Positions 10,105 through 17,239 of a DNA stretch of 55,184 bases are shown piece after piece. A program made the position numbers and the translations under genes. How positions within the stretch are numbered: the first letter of the stretch is position 1; every line of letters starts with the position of its first letter. The notes below the pieces were generated by a model. It made no database searches. It saw only the letters and a program-made list of their open reading frames with translations, and had not been told where the DNA came from. Origin of the DNA: Candidatus Buchananbacteria bacterium (GTDB lineage: Bacteria > Patescibacteriota > Patescibacteriia > Buchananbacterales > UBA6539); NCBI GenBank assembly GCA_016930315.1, contig JAFGGX010000024.1:1-55184 (forward strand), given 5' to 3'.

Positions 10105-11463
10105 ATGCCGTTTGATTCAATCAAACATACAGAAAAATCTCTAACTAACGGCGGGATGGTTTTAATTTTAAACACCGGCGCGGTTATCAACCCAGAAGCC
10201 GAGGCAATGCTTCAAGCGTTGCATTCACGTTCAACCGGCGGCATCAAAGAACATCTGCAAACCCTCGAAAAAAAGGGAGCCGATAAATTTATGGCCAGTT
10301 TTTATGTCGGCTACGGTCATAAATCAATTGGCGATTGCGGCAGCATCACTATTTTTATCGAAGGCGTTTCAATGTTAGCGGCAAAAGCCATCCAAGACTG
10401 GCCACTTTATAGCGGTCAAGAATCATCAACTCGCTATGTTGATTTTTCTAAACAAAAATTTATTGACCCAATCAAAACTACTGAATCAAACAAGCTGCTG
10501 GAAACTTGGCGAACATTTTATTTAGACGGATTAACCCCCGTTCAAGAATATTTAAAAAGTCAATTTCCCATCCAGCCGGACCAAAAAGAATCAACCTATC
10601 TAAAAGCTATCGCCGCTCGAGCCTTTGATATTATGCGCGGCTATCTGCCAGCTGGTGCTTCGACTAATTTAGCCTGGCACACCAATTTACGCCAAGCCGC
10701 TGATAAATTAATGCTATTGCGTCATCATCCGTTAAAAGAAGTCCAGGAATTAGCCGAAACAATCGAGCAGGCTTTAATCGCCGCCCACCCAAGTTCATTT
10801 GAAGCAAAAAGGTACGACGAAACCGAAAACTATAACCAGTTTTGGATGAAAAAATATAACTATTTTGATCAATCGGAAAGTTATGGCGATCAAGTCGCTT
10901 TATTACGCAACGATATCGACACCAAATCATTAGAAAATTATCGAGAAGTATTAGAAAAACGACCACCAAAAACCGAGCTACCAAAATTTCTAGCCGAGTG
11001 TGGTACTCTACAATTTGGTTTTATGCTTGACTTCGGATCGTTTCGCGACATCCAACGTCATCGAGCTGTTAAACAAAGAATGCCGCTAGTAACAACCAAA
11101 CACGGCTTTAATCAATTTTATATCAATTCGCTACCAGAATCTCTAAGGCCAGCGGCGAAAAATTTGCTCGATTCTCAAGCAGAAGAAATAAAAAACCTTA
11201 ATACTACACCAGAGATTGCTCAATACTATACCGCCATGGGTTATAATTTACCAAATAAAGTTACTGGCGATTTGCCTTCGCTGGTTTATTTGGTTGAATT
11301 AAGAGCCACTCGCTTTGTGCACCCAACATTGAGAGACAAAGCGGCTGCCATGGCCGAAATTATTAAAAAAGAATTCGGACCGCTGGGCTTAAAATTACAT
11401 TTAGATAATGAGCCAGGGATTTTTGATATTAAACGCGGTGAACACGATATTGTAAAAAAATAA
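10105..11463 (+). CDS. thyX: flavin-dependent thymidylate synthase, long two-module form
   Basis: 452 aa. The N-terminal half has FIEGVS...SGQESSTRYV (the ThyX-motif tail without RHR). The C-terminal half has FRDIQRHRAVKQ (RHR without the Ser...RY tail). Operon context is dut and tmk. Confidence 0.65.
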   Translation: MPFDSIKHTEKSLTNGGMVLILNTGAVINPEAEAMLQALHSRSTGGIKEHLQTLEKKGADKFMASFYVGYGHKSIGDCGSITIFIEGVSMLAAKAIQDWPLYSGQESSTRYVDFSKQKFIDPIKTTESNKLLETWRTFYLDGLTPVQEYLKSQFPIQPDQKESTYLKAIAARAFDIMRGYLPAGASTNLAWHTNLRQAADKLMLLRHHPLKEVQELAETIEQALIAAHPSSFEAKRYDETENYNQFWMKKYNYFDQSESYGDQVALLRNDIDTKSLENYREVLEKRPPKTELPKFLAECGTLQFGFMLDFGSFRDIQRHRAVKQRMPLVTTKHGFNQFYINSLPESLRPAAKNLLDSQAEEIKNLNTTPEIAQYYTAMGYNLPNKVTGDLPSLVYLVELRATRFVHPTLRDKAAAMAEIIKKEFGPLGLKLHLDNEPGIFDIKRGEHDIVKK

Positions 11464-11500
11464 AAATAAAAAAGAATGGGGTCAGAACAAGTCTGCCCCA
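11464..11500 (-). terminator. intrinsic terminator of the antisense GC-rich gene
   Basis: Minus strand reads tggggcagac-ttgt-tctgacccca followed by ttcttttttattttt. Overlaps the last codons of the gene. Confidence 0.6.
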
Positions 11501-11802
11501 TCATTGTCAGCACCAACGCCGACTAACTCCCCCTCTCCGTCATCGAGACAAGGATCAACCCACGGCCGAGCTTGGCCCTCTGGTCCGCCCAATGGATCAA
11601 GGTCGTCCGTTTCGTCGTCACCACCTCCATTGTCGTCATCCGGCCAATCATCATCGAATGAATCTAAACGACCTTCCGGCGTATCCGTATCTCTGCCGTT
11701 GGCTCGAATGAGTGCTAAGATGGTGAAAACTCCCGCAAACGCTACAACCATTACGCCTACTACCATCATTGCCACACACAGAACGACAATCAACGATTTC
11801 AT
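11482..11802 (-). CDS. GC-rich orphan: N-terminal TM anchor plus poly-acidic tail
   Basis: Start set at MKSLIVVLCVAMMVVGV... because AAGGAGGG lies 9 nt upstream. The tail is rich in D/E/G (DSFDDDWPDDDNGGGDDETDD). Lies antisense between thyX and tmk. Confidence 0.65.
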   Translation of the reverse strand: MKSLIVVLCVAMMVVGVMVVAFAGVFTILALIRANGRDTDTPEGRLDSFDDDWPDDDNGGGDDETDDLDPLGGPEGQARPWVDPCLDDGEGELVGVGADNDGADLF

Positions 11803-11838
11803 CTTCAAAGGCCCTCCTTTCCGGCCGAGTACAAAAAG

Positions 11839-11865
11839 ATTATAATAATTGAATAAAATTTGCAA
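11839..11865 (-). promoter_or_regulatory. promoter of the antisense GC-rich gene
   Basis: Minus strand reads TTGCAA-N15-TATAAT. The spacer is short, so this is less certain. Confidence 0.4.
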
Positions 11866-11881
11866 GTTTAATCAACAAATT

Positions 11882-12541
11882 ATGCCTGATTTTAAAAAAC
11901 CTAAATTAATTGTGATTGATGGCATTGATGGCTCCGGCAAAGCCACTCAGACCAAGCTTTTAATTGAAAAATTACGCTTAGAGCAAATCCCGACCGAAAC
12001 GATTGATTTCCCCCAATACCAAAACAATTTTTTTGGCGGGATGGTTAGGCAATACCTGGATGGTAAATTTGGCACCCCAACTCAAATCAATCCAAAATTA
12101 GCCTCAACTCTTTATGCGGCTGATCGCTGGGAATCATCACAAAAAATTAAAGACTGGATTAACGAAAATAAACTTGTAGTAGTTGACCGCTACTCCACCA
12201 GCAATCTGATTCATCAAGGCGCTAAAATGACCGAAGACCAACTTGATGAATTCATCGGTTGGATCGACCAATTAGAATTTAAAACTTTTCAAATCCCTCA
12301 GCCCGATTTGGTTATCTTCCTGCATGTTGATCCCAAAACTTCTTATAATTTAATTACTAAACGCGGCCAGGGCCACGACGGTCACGACACCATGGAACAT
12401 TTAACTGTCGCTGAAAAAAGATGCCTATATATGGCCAAAAAGCTCGGCTGGCAAACCGTTGAATGCTGCCAAGATGGCCAGATTCTGCCCATTGAAAAAA
12501 TCCAGGAAAAAATCTGGGCAATAGTTAAAGACAACATCTAA
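11882..12541 (+). CDS. tmk: thymidylate kinase
   Basis: The ATG at 11882 (MPDFKKPKLIVIDGIDGSGKATQ) is preferred over the TTG at 11849. P-loop and a DRY-type motif (VVDRYSTSN). Confidence 0.88.
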   Translation: MPDFKKPKLIVIDGIDGSGKATQTKLLIEKLRLEQIPTETIDFPQYQNNFFGGMVRQYLDGKFGTPTQINPKLASTLYAADRWESSQKIKDWINENKLVVVDRYSTSNLIHQGAKMTEDQLDEFIGWIDQLEFKTFQIPQPDLVIFLHVDPKTSYNLITKRGQGHDGHDTMEHLTVAEKRCLYMAKKLGWQTVECCQDGQILPIEKIQEKIWAIVKDNI

Positions 12542-12570
12542 CAAAAAGATAAAATAACTTCAAAAATTAA

Positions 12571-12726
12571 CCGCGGGGGGCTTGGGGGCGAGTGTTGAGC
12601 CTAACTAAAGCCCCGAGAGTCGAAGCGATAGGGGCTTTAGTGGGTAAAAGACACAAACGATAAATGAGCGCTCGCGAATCACGAGCCCCCAAATTTCTTT
12701 GTCCACTTTCTGAATCCAGAAAGTGG
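12571..12726 (+). ncRNA. unclassified GC-rich structured RNA element, copy 2 of 2
   Basis: Homolog of 3735-3891. Proposed helices: 12582-12589/12685-12692, 12592-12596/12650-12654 (contains a U-G pair possible only on the + strand) and 12604-12614/12631-12641. A terminal hairpin at 12702-12726 is followed by cctttttt. Confidence 0.55.
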
Positions 12727-12740
12727 AATTCCTTTTTTCC

Positions 12741-12769
12741 TTGATTTTTTAGGCCTTTTTCGCTAATAT
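12741..12769 (+). promoter_or_regulatory. promoter of gatB (predicts a leaderless mRNA)
   Basis: TTGATT-N17-TAATAT. The gatB ATG begins only 8 nt after the -10 hexamer. Confidence 0.5.
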
Positions 12770-12777
12770 ACTTATAT

Positions 12778-14310
12778 ATGAATTTAACTCCAATTATCGG
12801 CTTAGAAATCCACGTCCAACTGAAAACGAAGTCAAAAATGTTTTGTGGCTGTGATAATTCCGGTGAAAACCAACCACCAAATATCACCGTTTGCCCGGTT
12901 TGCATGGGTCACCCAGGCGTTTTACCGGTAGCCAACCGCGAGGCAATCAAATGGACAGTGATGGCTGGCTTGGCTTTAAAGTGCCAAATCCCCGACTCTT
13001 TTCAATTTGAACGTAAAAACTATTTTTATCCAGACCTACCAAAGGGCTATCAAATTACTTCTTCAACCAAGCCACCGTGTATTGGCGGCTATTTAGAAAT
13101 CGACACGCCGGAAGGCAAAAGAAAACTGAGGCTCCATCACATTCACTTAGAAGAAGATGCCGCTAAAAACTTTCATTCAACCGATGGTAAAGACACTTTA
13201 GTTGACTATAATCGTTCCAGCACACCGCTAATGGAAATTGTCACCGAGCCAGATATGCGCAACCCCCAAGAAGCTAAGACCTTTTTGCAAGAGCTGCGTT
13301 TAATTATGCGTCACTTGGGCATTTCTAGTGCTGACATGGAAAAAGGTCACCTGCGCTGTGATGCCAATATTTCTTTGACCGATCAGATTAACGAAACAAA
13401 TGGCGAAATTAAATTTTACCCAAAAACCGAAATCAAAAACCTCAACTCATTCAAAGCCGTTGAGAAAGCTTTGGAATATGAAATCAAACGCCAAACTAAA
13501 ATGTGGCAAGACGGCAAAACCCCTCATCAAGCCACCCGCGGCTGGGATGAAAACAAAGGCGTCACCGAAGAACAACGCACCAAAGAAGAAGCCCACGACT
13601 ACCGCTATTTCCCCGAACCAGACATTCCACCAATTAATCTAAACAAAGATAAATCCGGCATTGATGTTGAAGCAATCAAACAAACAATGATTGAACTGCC
13701 CCAAGCCAAACGCCAACGCTTTGTCACCGAATACGATCTACCATTAGCCAACGCCAAAATTCTAACCGACGACAAGGGACTGGCCGTATTTTTTGAACAA
13801 GCTTTATCAGAATTGAGAGCCTGGCTAATTGCCCTTGACGATGTCGAAGGCACTCAAGAAGAAATCTGGCAAAAAAATAAAGGCACATTAGCCAAACTAA
13901 CCAGCAATTGGCTGATCAACAAATTAATGGCTATTGCGATTAAAGAAAACAAAGAGGTTTATTCTGGTGAAAATATTACCCCGGAAGATTTTGCTGAATT
14001 TATTACTCTAGTGCATACCCGTAAAGTTAATTCCACCATTGCTCAACAAATTTTAGAAAAAATGTTTTTAACCGGCAAAGACCCACACGAAATTTTGGAA
14101 CAAGATTTAGGTGGCAACCAGCAATCCAACGACAACCTCACTGAAATTATCCAACAGGTAATCAGCCAAAATCAAGATCAGGTGAATCAATATAAAGCCG
14201 GCAAAGAAACCGTTATCCAATTTTTAATTGGCCAAGTAATGAAATTAACCAAGGGCCAAGCCGACCCTCAAGAAGCCAAGGATTTATTAATTAATGAATT
14301 AAAAAAATAA
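12778..14310 (+). CDS. gatB: Asp/Glu-tRNA amidotransferase subunit B
   Basis: 510 aa. IGLEIHVQL, CPVCMGHPGVLP, NYFYPDLPKGYQISQ-like block, and a C-terminal YqeY-like tail. Confidence 0.95.
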   Translation: MNLTPIIGLEIHVQLKTKSKMFCGCDNSGENQPPNITVCPVCMGHPGVLPVANREAIKWTVMAGLALKCQIPDSFQFERKNYFYPDLPKGYQITSSTKPPCIGGYLEIDTPEGKRKLRLHHIHLEEDAAKNFHSTDGKDTLVDYNRSSTPLMEIVTEPDMRNPQEAKTFLQELRLIMRHLGISSADMEKGHLRCDANISLTDQINETNGEIKFYPKTEIKNLNSFKAVEKALEYEIKRQTKMWQDGKTPHQATRGWDENKGVTEEQRTKEEAHDYRYFPEPDIPPINLNKDKSGIDVEAIKQTMIELPQAKRQRFVTEYDLPLANAKILTDDKGLAVFFEQALSELRAWLIALDDVEGTQEEIWQKNKGTLAKLTSNWLINKLMAIAIKENKEVYSGENITPEDFAEFITLVHTRKVNSTIAQQILEKMFLTGKDPHEILEQDLGGNQQSNDNLTEIIQQVISQNQDQVNQYKAGKETVIQFLIGQVMKLTKGQADPQEAKDLLINELKK

Positions 14311-14315
14311 TTAAT

Positions 14316-14582
14316 ATGAGAAGAGGACCAGAGATAAGAGACTCCGTTGGAGATTTTGGAACAGAATCTAAGATTAGACGAGATATGAGGCTAATAAAAA
14401 AAGAGTTGGAAGATAAATTCGATGGGGTTGAACATTATGTAGCTCATCTTAAAACAGATCGTGCGGAGTTAAATAGAGTCCAGCTAGCAGTTGAAAGATA
14501 TCTTGGAGATGAAGACCCAAATGATGAAATAGCAAAAGAAATTCAAAAATCAATATTAATGGTAGAGACTGGCGCAAACTAA
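14316..14582 (+). CDS. small acidic helical orphan, member 1 of a tandem array
   Basis: 88 aa. AGA/ATA-rich codon usage unlike the backbone. C-terminal block VERYLGDEDPNDEIAKEIQKSI is shared in pattern with the next three ORFs. Confidence 0.5.
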   Translation: MRRGPEIRDSVGDFGTESKIRRDMRLIKKELEDKFDGVEHYVAHLKTDRAELNRVQLAVERYLGDEDPNDEIAKEIQKSILMVETGAN

Positions 14583-14624
14583 ATAAAAGCAAAAAACAAG
14601 CATAAAAACGTTAACCATAAATAT

Positions 14625-14903
14625 ATGCCCGAATACGACAAACCATTAATAGTACCTGAAGCCCTCAAGCCAATCGAGAGGATTAATCTAGACATCGCTG
14701 AACAGGCAACCCAAGCCTTAGACATCTTGAAGAAATCAGGCATCTCTTCTATAGTAGATATACAGGAAACAAAAAAAGACTGGTTCATTTCTCTAGCCGA
14801 AATGGTTCTTCAGCAATATACTGACATTGATCAACTCACAGGCCCAGATGACAAGCAGGCCTTGACATTGGCCAAAGATATCATTGATAATTTAAAAAAA
14901 TAA
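14625..14903 (+). CDS. small acidic helical orphan, member 2
   Basis: 92 aa. Start context TAAATATATGCCCGAA is nearly identical to member 3. C-terminal block QQYTDIDQLTGPDDKQALTLAKDIIDNL. Confidence 0.55.
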   Translation: MPEYDKPLIVPEALKPIERINLDIAEQATQALDILKKSGISSIVDIQETKKDWFISLAEMVLQQYTDIDQLTGPDDKQALTLAKDIIDNLKK

Positions 14904-14907
14904 ATAT

Positions 14908-15258
14908 ATGCCAGAAACTTTAGCTCCATGGGATCAAGAACAATTTAAAAATTTAGAAAAAGAAAAAATAGAAGATTCATTAACGCCAAAAGAAGGGGCG
15001 GCCAAACGAAGGGTTGGCGAAAACCTCCTAACCAGAGAAATAAATTCAAAAAAAAATATAGATCAAATTATTGATCAAATTCATTCGGAAAAATTCAGTG
15101 GCAACACAAAAAAATATCTAGAATCTCTAAACCCAGACGAAAGGCAGACAGTTGTCGCCCAAGCTCACAATTATATTGAACTATTTGGCAGTGAGAATTA
15201 CCAAGACAAAAGGGCTATTTTCGCTGTTGATATAATTAGTTCGGCGAAAAAAATCTAA
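14908..15258 (+). CDS. small acidic helical orphan, member 3
   Basis: 116 aa. Start context TAAATATATGCCAGAA. C-terminal block HNYIELFGSENYQDKRAIFAVDIISSA. Confidence 0.55.
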   Translation: MPETLAPWDQEQFKNLEKEKIEDSLTPKEGAAKRRVGENLLTREINSKKNIDQIIDQIHSEKFSGNTKKYLESLNPDERQTVVAQAHNYIELFGSENYQDKRAIFAVDIISSAKKI

Positions 15259-15275
15259 AAAATAATTATAATTTT

Positions 15276-15632
15276 ATGCCAAGCCCAGAAACTTCAAATC
15301 AACCAATCTTAGATCCCGATAATGTAGAAAGTGCAATTGACAAAATTTTTGATAATGAAAGTGAGCCAGAAGAAACCGACGCTATAACCCAAGAAATTTT
15401 GAAAGATAGAAGAAATGAAGAAGTAGCAAAAGCAAAAGAAAAAGATAAAATCAGAGAACGCCTAAATGAAATTTATATTAAATATACGGCCAAACCGTTA
15501 GATATACCGACAGAAGAAGTTCAATCTGTCGCCAAAGACGCAATGGAATACATGAAGTTGTTTAAACCAGAAGAAAATCCTGGCCTATACCAATTTGCCA
15601 CTGAGACCATCCGGGCTGCTAATTTAGAATAA
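15276..15632 (+). CDS. small acidic helical orphan, member 4
   Basis: 118 aa. C-terminal block MEYMKLFKPEENPGLYQFATETIRAA. The 3' end overlaps the end of convergent miaA by 14 nt. Confidence 0.55.
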   Translation: MPSPETSNQPILDPDNVESAIDKIFDNESEPEETDAITQEILKDRRNEEVAKAKEKDKIRERLNEIYIKYTAKPLDIPTEEVQSVAKDAMEYMKLFKPEENPGLYQFATETIRAANLE

Positions 15633-16530
15633 AATTTTTAATCTGGTGATCTATATCGGTTAATTTCTGATCAACCCAAATAATATTTTTATCACGCCTA
15701 AACCAAGTCATTTGCCGTTTTGTATATTGGCGGATGGCTTGTTTTAATTGCTTAACCATTTCTTGATAATCGAGCTGAGCCTGCAGATACCGACTAACAT
15801 AACGATATTCTAAGCCAAAATCATCCAAACGTTGCCAGCTCACCCCGTTTTCATGCAGATTTTTTATTTCATCAATCATCCCCTCTTTTTTCAACCGTTC
15901 AATCAGACGCGTATCGATTTTTTGATACAACGTTTTTTTGGGTAAATTAATCCCAATCTGCAAAAAATCATATGGCGGTTTTTGCTTACTAATCTGAGCC
16001 GACTTGGTAACGCCAGTTTGATAAAAAATTTCTAATGCTCGTTGAACCCTCCGTCGGTTCTTTTGATCAATAATTGCAAAAGTTTCCGGGTCAATTTTTT
16101 CTAATTCAACCAAAAGTTTATCCAGACTCATCTCGTCCAATTTTTTTCTAATGTTTTGTGTTACATGTTTTGTGTTACATGTTTCGGGCAAAACATAGCC
16201 TTCAACAACCGCGGAAATATAAAGCCCGGTTCCGCCGCAAACAATCGGCAATTTTCCCCGTTTCAAAGCATCTTCGATTGCTTGATAAGCTAACTTTTGA
16301 TAGTCAGCTAAAGAAAATTGATCATTTGGATCAACAACGTCAATCAGATGATATCTAATGCCGCCATATTCATCTAAATCCTTGCCGGTGCCAATATCCA
16401 TTCCACGATAAACTTGACGAGAATCCGCTGAGATAATCTCACCATTAAGTTTTTTGGCCAATTCAACTGCCAGTTTAGTTTTGCCAGAAGCGGTCGGGCC
16501 TAAAATTACTATTACTTTGTTCTTTATCAT
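15619..16530 (-). CDS. miaA: tRNA dimethylallyltransferase
   Basis: 303 aa. GPTASGKT P-loop and ISADSRQVYRGMDIGTGK. Confidence 0.93.
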   Translation of the reverse strand: MIKNKVIVILGPTASGKTKLAVELAKKLNGEIISADSRQVYRGMDIGTGKDLDEYGGIRYHLIDVVDPNDQFSLADYQKLAYQAIEDALKRGKLPIVCGGTGLYISAVVEGYVLPETCNTKHVTQNIRKKLDEMSLDKLLVELEKIDPETFAIIDQKNRRRVQRALEIFYQTGVTKSAQISKQKPPYDFLQIGINLPKKTLYQKIDTRLIERLKKEGMIDEIKNLHENGVSWQRLDDFGLEYRYVSRYLQAQLDYQEMVKQLKQAIRQYTKRQMTWFRRDKNIIWVDQKLTDIDHQIKNFILN

Positions 16531-16541
16531 AATAAAACTTT

Positions 16542-16626
16542 GTCATTCCCGCGAAAGCGGGAATCTAGTGCCTAGCCTAAGCACTGGATTCCGCATATTA
16601 CGACTGCGTCGTAATTGCGGAATGAC
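16542..16626. repeat. MITE-like composite hairpin element
   Basis: Termini gtcattcc...ggaatgac enclose three hairpins (cccgcgaaagcggg, agtgc...gcact, attacgac-tgc-gtcgtaat). Sits next to a GIY-YIG gene. Confidence 0.7.
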
Positions 16627-16658
16627 GATACTTAACTTAAGTAAAATCATCGGATAGA

Positions 16659-16931
16659 TCACGCCAAAATGGATTTTCTTTTTCTACTAATTGCAGCTTC
16701 CATTTTCGCCGCCATTTTTTCAACTGTTTTTCTCTCTACTAGAGCCGCCCACACATCTTCGGTCGACTCGCAGTAAACTAGTCTTTTAACATTATATTTT
16801 TTAGTAAAGCCATCACTTATTCCTGATTTATGTTCATTAATTCTTCGGACAATATTATTGGTGATGCCAATATAGAGTGTTCCATTCCGCTGACTAGCTA
16901 AAATATAGACATAAAACATAACGTTTTTCAA
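16659..16931 (-). CDS. GIY-YIG nuclease family protein (stand-alone URI domain)
   Basis: 90 aa. FYVYILASQRNGTLYIGITNNIVRRINEHKSG is the GIY-YIG signature. Confidence 0.85.
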   Translation of the reverse strand: MKNVMFYVYILASQRNGTLYIGITNNIVRRINEHKSGISDGFTKKYNVKRLVYCESTEDVWAALVERKTVEKMAAKMEAAISRKRKSILA

Positions 16932-16989
16932 AAATTATAGCGCTATGTTGTTGGTTGCATATTAGCCTATTTATGATAAAATATCAAAT

Positions 16990-17125
16990 AAAAGTGAAGC
17001 CCCCGAGACACGTTGGTCCGGGGGCGTTGATCTTTTTTGGCGGGGCCCACTTTTGGGTCTTTTTGGTTTTGTTGTTTTTTTGCGGACGGCGGGGCCCACT
17101 TTTGTCGCCGTCCTTTTTTCTTTTT
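16990..17125 (+). ncRNA. candidate small RNA unit with two hairpin/T-run modules
   Basis: Upstream TTGCAT-N16-TAAAAT (16955-16982). Hairpin 16999-17025 plus T6. 17-bp direct repeat ggcggggcccacttttg at 17039 and 17088. Hairpin 17084-17113 plus T6. Both flanking genes are on the minus strand. Confidence 0.3.
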
Positions 17126-17183
17126 ACTGTATTTTATATATCATATTCGAAAATATTTGTCAAGTCCTATGGCATTATTATAC

Positions 17184-17213
17184 AAAAAAAATCAGCCAAA
17201 GGCTGATTTTTTT
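17184..17213 (-). terminator. bidirectional terminator after thrS
   Basis: A7-atcagcc-aaa-ggctgat-T7. Confidence 0.7.
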
Positions 17214-17239
17214 ATCTATTTTTAGCTAAATTTGATCTA

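Noticed and set aside
11504-11845. 113-aa + strand ORF (Ser/Pro-rich) between thyX and tmk that would fit the operon orientation.
   Set aside because: It has no SD and is a low-complexity translation. The minus-strand frame has AAGGAGGG, a clean TM helix, a promoter and a minus-only terminator.
16454-16657. 67-aa ORF containing CHSRESGNLV, and the four extra N-terminal codons (MTLS) of tatD at 45824-45835.
   Set aside because: Both are translations of the gtcattcc/gtcattgcgag hairpin repeats, not genuine coding sequence.
16955-17225. ORFs 16955..17206 and 17037..17225 (Phe/Gly-rich).
   Set aside because: They are read through T-runs and terminator hairpins in an intergenic gap, with no SD and an implausible composition.
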